Positions 61,512 to 64,000 of a stretch of 64,000 nt of DNA are shown here, piece after piece (position 1 is the first letter of the stretch; every line of letters begins with the position of its first letter). The stretch comes from Lingula anatina (Eukaryota > Animalia > Brachiopoda). A program made the position numbers and the translations under genes. The stretch covers positions 8,990,001-9,054,000 of the forward strand of contig CM120645.1 of the NCBI GenBank assembly GCA_051362555.1. Direction: 5' to 3'. The notes beneath the pieces are model-generated. The model was not told the origin of the DNA and did no database searches. It saw only the letters and a list, made by a program, of their open reading frames with translations.

Positions 61512-63609
61512 TCACAGGTATGCTGGGAACTCGGCGCACTTCGGCGGCCCGTCATTAGGCACAATAAGAGCCACGCCGTTCTTGTTGTCATCTTCAACCA
61601 AGTCTATGAACGCAGCAGCCACTTCCGCTGGTCTATGAAGAAGACAAATGTTAAAAGTTTGTGTTGTTAATTTTCAGATCTGTTGATATAAGTAAAAACC
61701 TTTAAGATAAACAAAATGTTAGGGCAAAACACATGCCTGTTTATCAAACGAATAAAGAAAACTACCACCACCCCTTATTATTATGGAGTTGGAACAAACT
61801 TGCGAGTGAATTTTGAAATATATGTACAAATCGCTTACTCACTTAAGTTTCTCTTGCATCCCGTAATCCTGAAGAGGTTTGAGGGACAATATTTTCCCTT
61901 GTTTCACTCCGTCCTCGGTCCAACATTTGACAATATCAGTGTCAACCAAACACGGACACAGACAGTTCATCCGTACTTTGTGCACTTCCATATCAGGGCT
62001 TGCCTGAAAGATGTGGTTGGATCGTGTATGAGAAAAGTAAGATACTGTACAAATGAACGTGTGACACATCAGAACCAAGCCCTGTTCTTGACTGACCTTG
62101 GTCACACCAGAATACTGATTAGGATTGTATAATATTTCATTAAAAACAGTCCAGATTAGAATCCTTAAAACATTATGAGCATCTTCGAGGGATTTAAACC
62201 ATAATCATGCATTGCCGCAAACACAAGTGCACTTTTTATCACGAACACTTGCTGCCGAAATTATCATAATTGTCATATATTTATATCCAGTAATGTATCA
62301 AATATAAACAATGGAAAATGTGAAAGGTGGGTACCGTGAGTGTGAGAAAAAAGAATGGAAGAAAGGAAACGGAGCTGCTTACAGCACAAGATCTTGTAAA
62401 TCCAACAACACCGTGTTTTGATGCACAGTATGCAGGAAAACTAGGGAAATGAAGAAGACCTGAAATTATAAGAATGCAACTATTACAACTATACTCATCG
62501 TATTCACGAAATAAATAATTTATTGCACTTTACTTGTATCTTGTGTAATGAATATAAAAGTGCAAAACGACCAGCTATATATTTTGGCTTATGTGGCATA
62601 AAGTGGTGAGCCTTCATTCATCAAAGGGCCCTGGTCACACGAAGAAATCATATCTTCAAGAAAAGTGTGACTTTTTTATCATTGGACAGAAATAAAATCT
62701 AGTATTCATGTTTGGCTGAATAAAATAATGAGTTAGCTGTGACAATTTTTGCTTTTTATCAACCTGAATGAATTCTTTACTTTCAACTCGATCCGCTTTG
62801 TTTGGCTTTATATCTTCTGAATTGATAAAAATAGGTAGTAAAATTGCAATCCAAATAAAGACAATTTACCAGCAATGGACGCAGTGTTAACGATGATCCC
62901 ACCGCTGCCACCATTATCTGCTCTCATACAGTCCATGGCTGCCGAGGCCAAGCGAAAGACACCTATCTGGAAAAAAATACCTTTTAAAAAAGGAATACGT
63001 TGGTGATCGTCGGTTTGAAAAAGAGCTCGTACAACAGTACAAACGATTAACTCGTCAACCTCAATGATTATGATACTAAAGACAACTCACCAAGTTCACT
63101 TCAATGGTTTTCTGTGGGATGCTTTCATCTAAGATCCCTGCGTTGTTACCTATGATATCGGGTGTTCCATAGACTTCCTTCACTGTTTTAATTGCTCCTG
63201 CAAAAAGTACATGTTAACACATTAAATGATGTGACTTTCCCCATCCTTAGTATACATGTTAACACAGGGTGAAGGCAGCATATATCGGGTATATCCCACA
63301 CCTCACATAAACCTGTTAGTCAATTGCAATTTTATATTACAGGTAAAACTTAAGATATGGACACGAATACATTTATTAGCGATAAGAAAATAACCACACA
63401 GTCGGTTTTTGTTTTATTTTACTTTATCAGGTTATTTTCTTTTCCTTGTATAGAACACAAAAGAATGTGGTCTTGACCTTAAACTTACGTTCAACGCTCT
63501 CGTCTTTTGTGACGTCACACTCCGTAAAGATCACTTTCCCTGCATACTGCTCTGCCAGTTCTGCTGCCGTCAACTTTCCTTGTGTTGCATTGATATCGGC
63601 AATAACTAC
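61512..63609 (-). CDS. HPGD-like: 15-hydroxyprostaglandin dehydrogenase-like classical short-chain dehydrogenase/reductase, exons 2-7 (5' end outside window)
   Basis: Exons 63609-63489 (VVIADIN...CDVTK), 63197-63091 (DIIGNNAGI...IEVNL), 62966-62870 (NGGSGGIIVNTASIA), 62459-62383 (PAYCASKHGVVGFTRS, YxxxK), 62003-61843 (VRMNCLCPCLVDT), 61632-61512 (PAEVAAAFIDLVEDDNKNG...*). All GT-AG with consistent phases; sizes 121/107/97/77/161 mirror the vertebrate HPGD exon layout as I recall it. Confidence 0.92.
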
Positions 63610-64000
63610 CTACAATTAAAACAAACAACCAAAGCTGAAAGATGCTTCAAGATTTTTACAAAATCGGGTTACGGAACCGCGTGAATGTTTTAATTAAAAT
63701 TGATCATATTTTTTATATACCTGAAGTAACTTACATGTGGTTTGGCATACATGAAATTTTTATTTAATTAAAATTCAAATAGATATGCTTATTTTCCCAA
63801 TCTTGAATTACATATCAAAAAATATCTCATTTTGTAGATATAAAGTGTTTCAACAGCACACTGACTTTATCTGTATAGTTTCCTCATATTTCTTGCGATA
63901 TGATTGAAAATGTCATCTCATATCCCATAGCCTACTGAAGTAAACTCCTGTCCATGTAGACACAGGTCAGTTGTATATTTATATTAAACTAAAAAATGCA

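Noticed and set aside
61385-61597. 70-aa minus ORF with signal-like start and PEAP repeat (MKMTTRTAWLLLCL...)
   Set aside because: It is an alternative frame overlapping the last HPGD-like exon and its 3' UTR; the repeat comes from a 12-bp duplication.

Overview
AT-rich, intron-containing animal DNA; the miR-315 hairpin points to a bilaterian, most likely an invertebrate. Almost all ORFs in the supplied track are spurious because the real genes are spliced. From left to right the window holds: (1) a repeat/MITE-rich block at 1-6 kb; (2) an E-box-rich TATA promoter at ~12.4 kb with a miR-315 hairpin at 13.3 kb, probably in an intron of a non-coding or small-ORF host; (3) a minus-strand GPI-type Ly6/three-finger (quiver-like) gene at 20.7-22.9 kb; (4) the main feature, a ~33-kb plus-strand tandem array (27.6-58.4 kb) of nine 3-exon genes, eight readable and one pseudogene. 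They encode 64-77 aa secreted precursors: conserved signal peptide, hypervariable Arg-rich segment, then a usually acidic tail after dibasic sites. None appears as a complete ORF in the track and I do not recognise the family; the layout is that of antimicrobial or bioactive peptide precursors. The array is interrupted by Tc1, Academ-like and MITE insertions, and paralogous empty sites are visible for the Tc1 and Academ-like elements; (5) exons 2-7 of a minus-strand HPGD-like short-chain dehydrogenase at 61.5-63.6 kb, with exon 1 outside the window. All gene models are manual splice reconstructions without transcript evidence.
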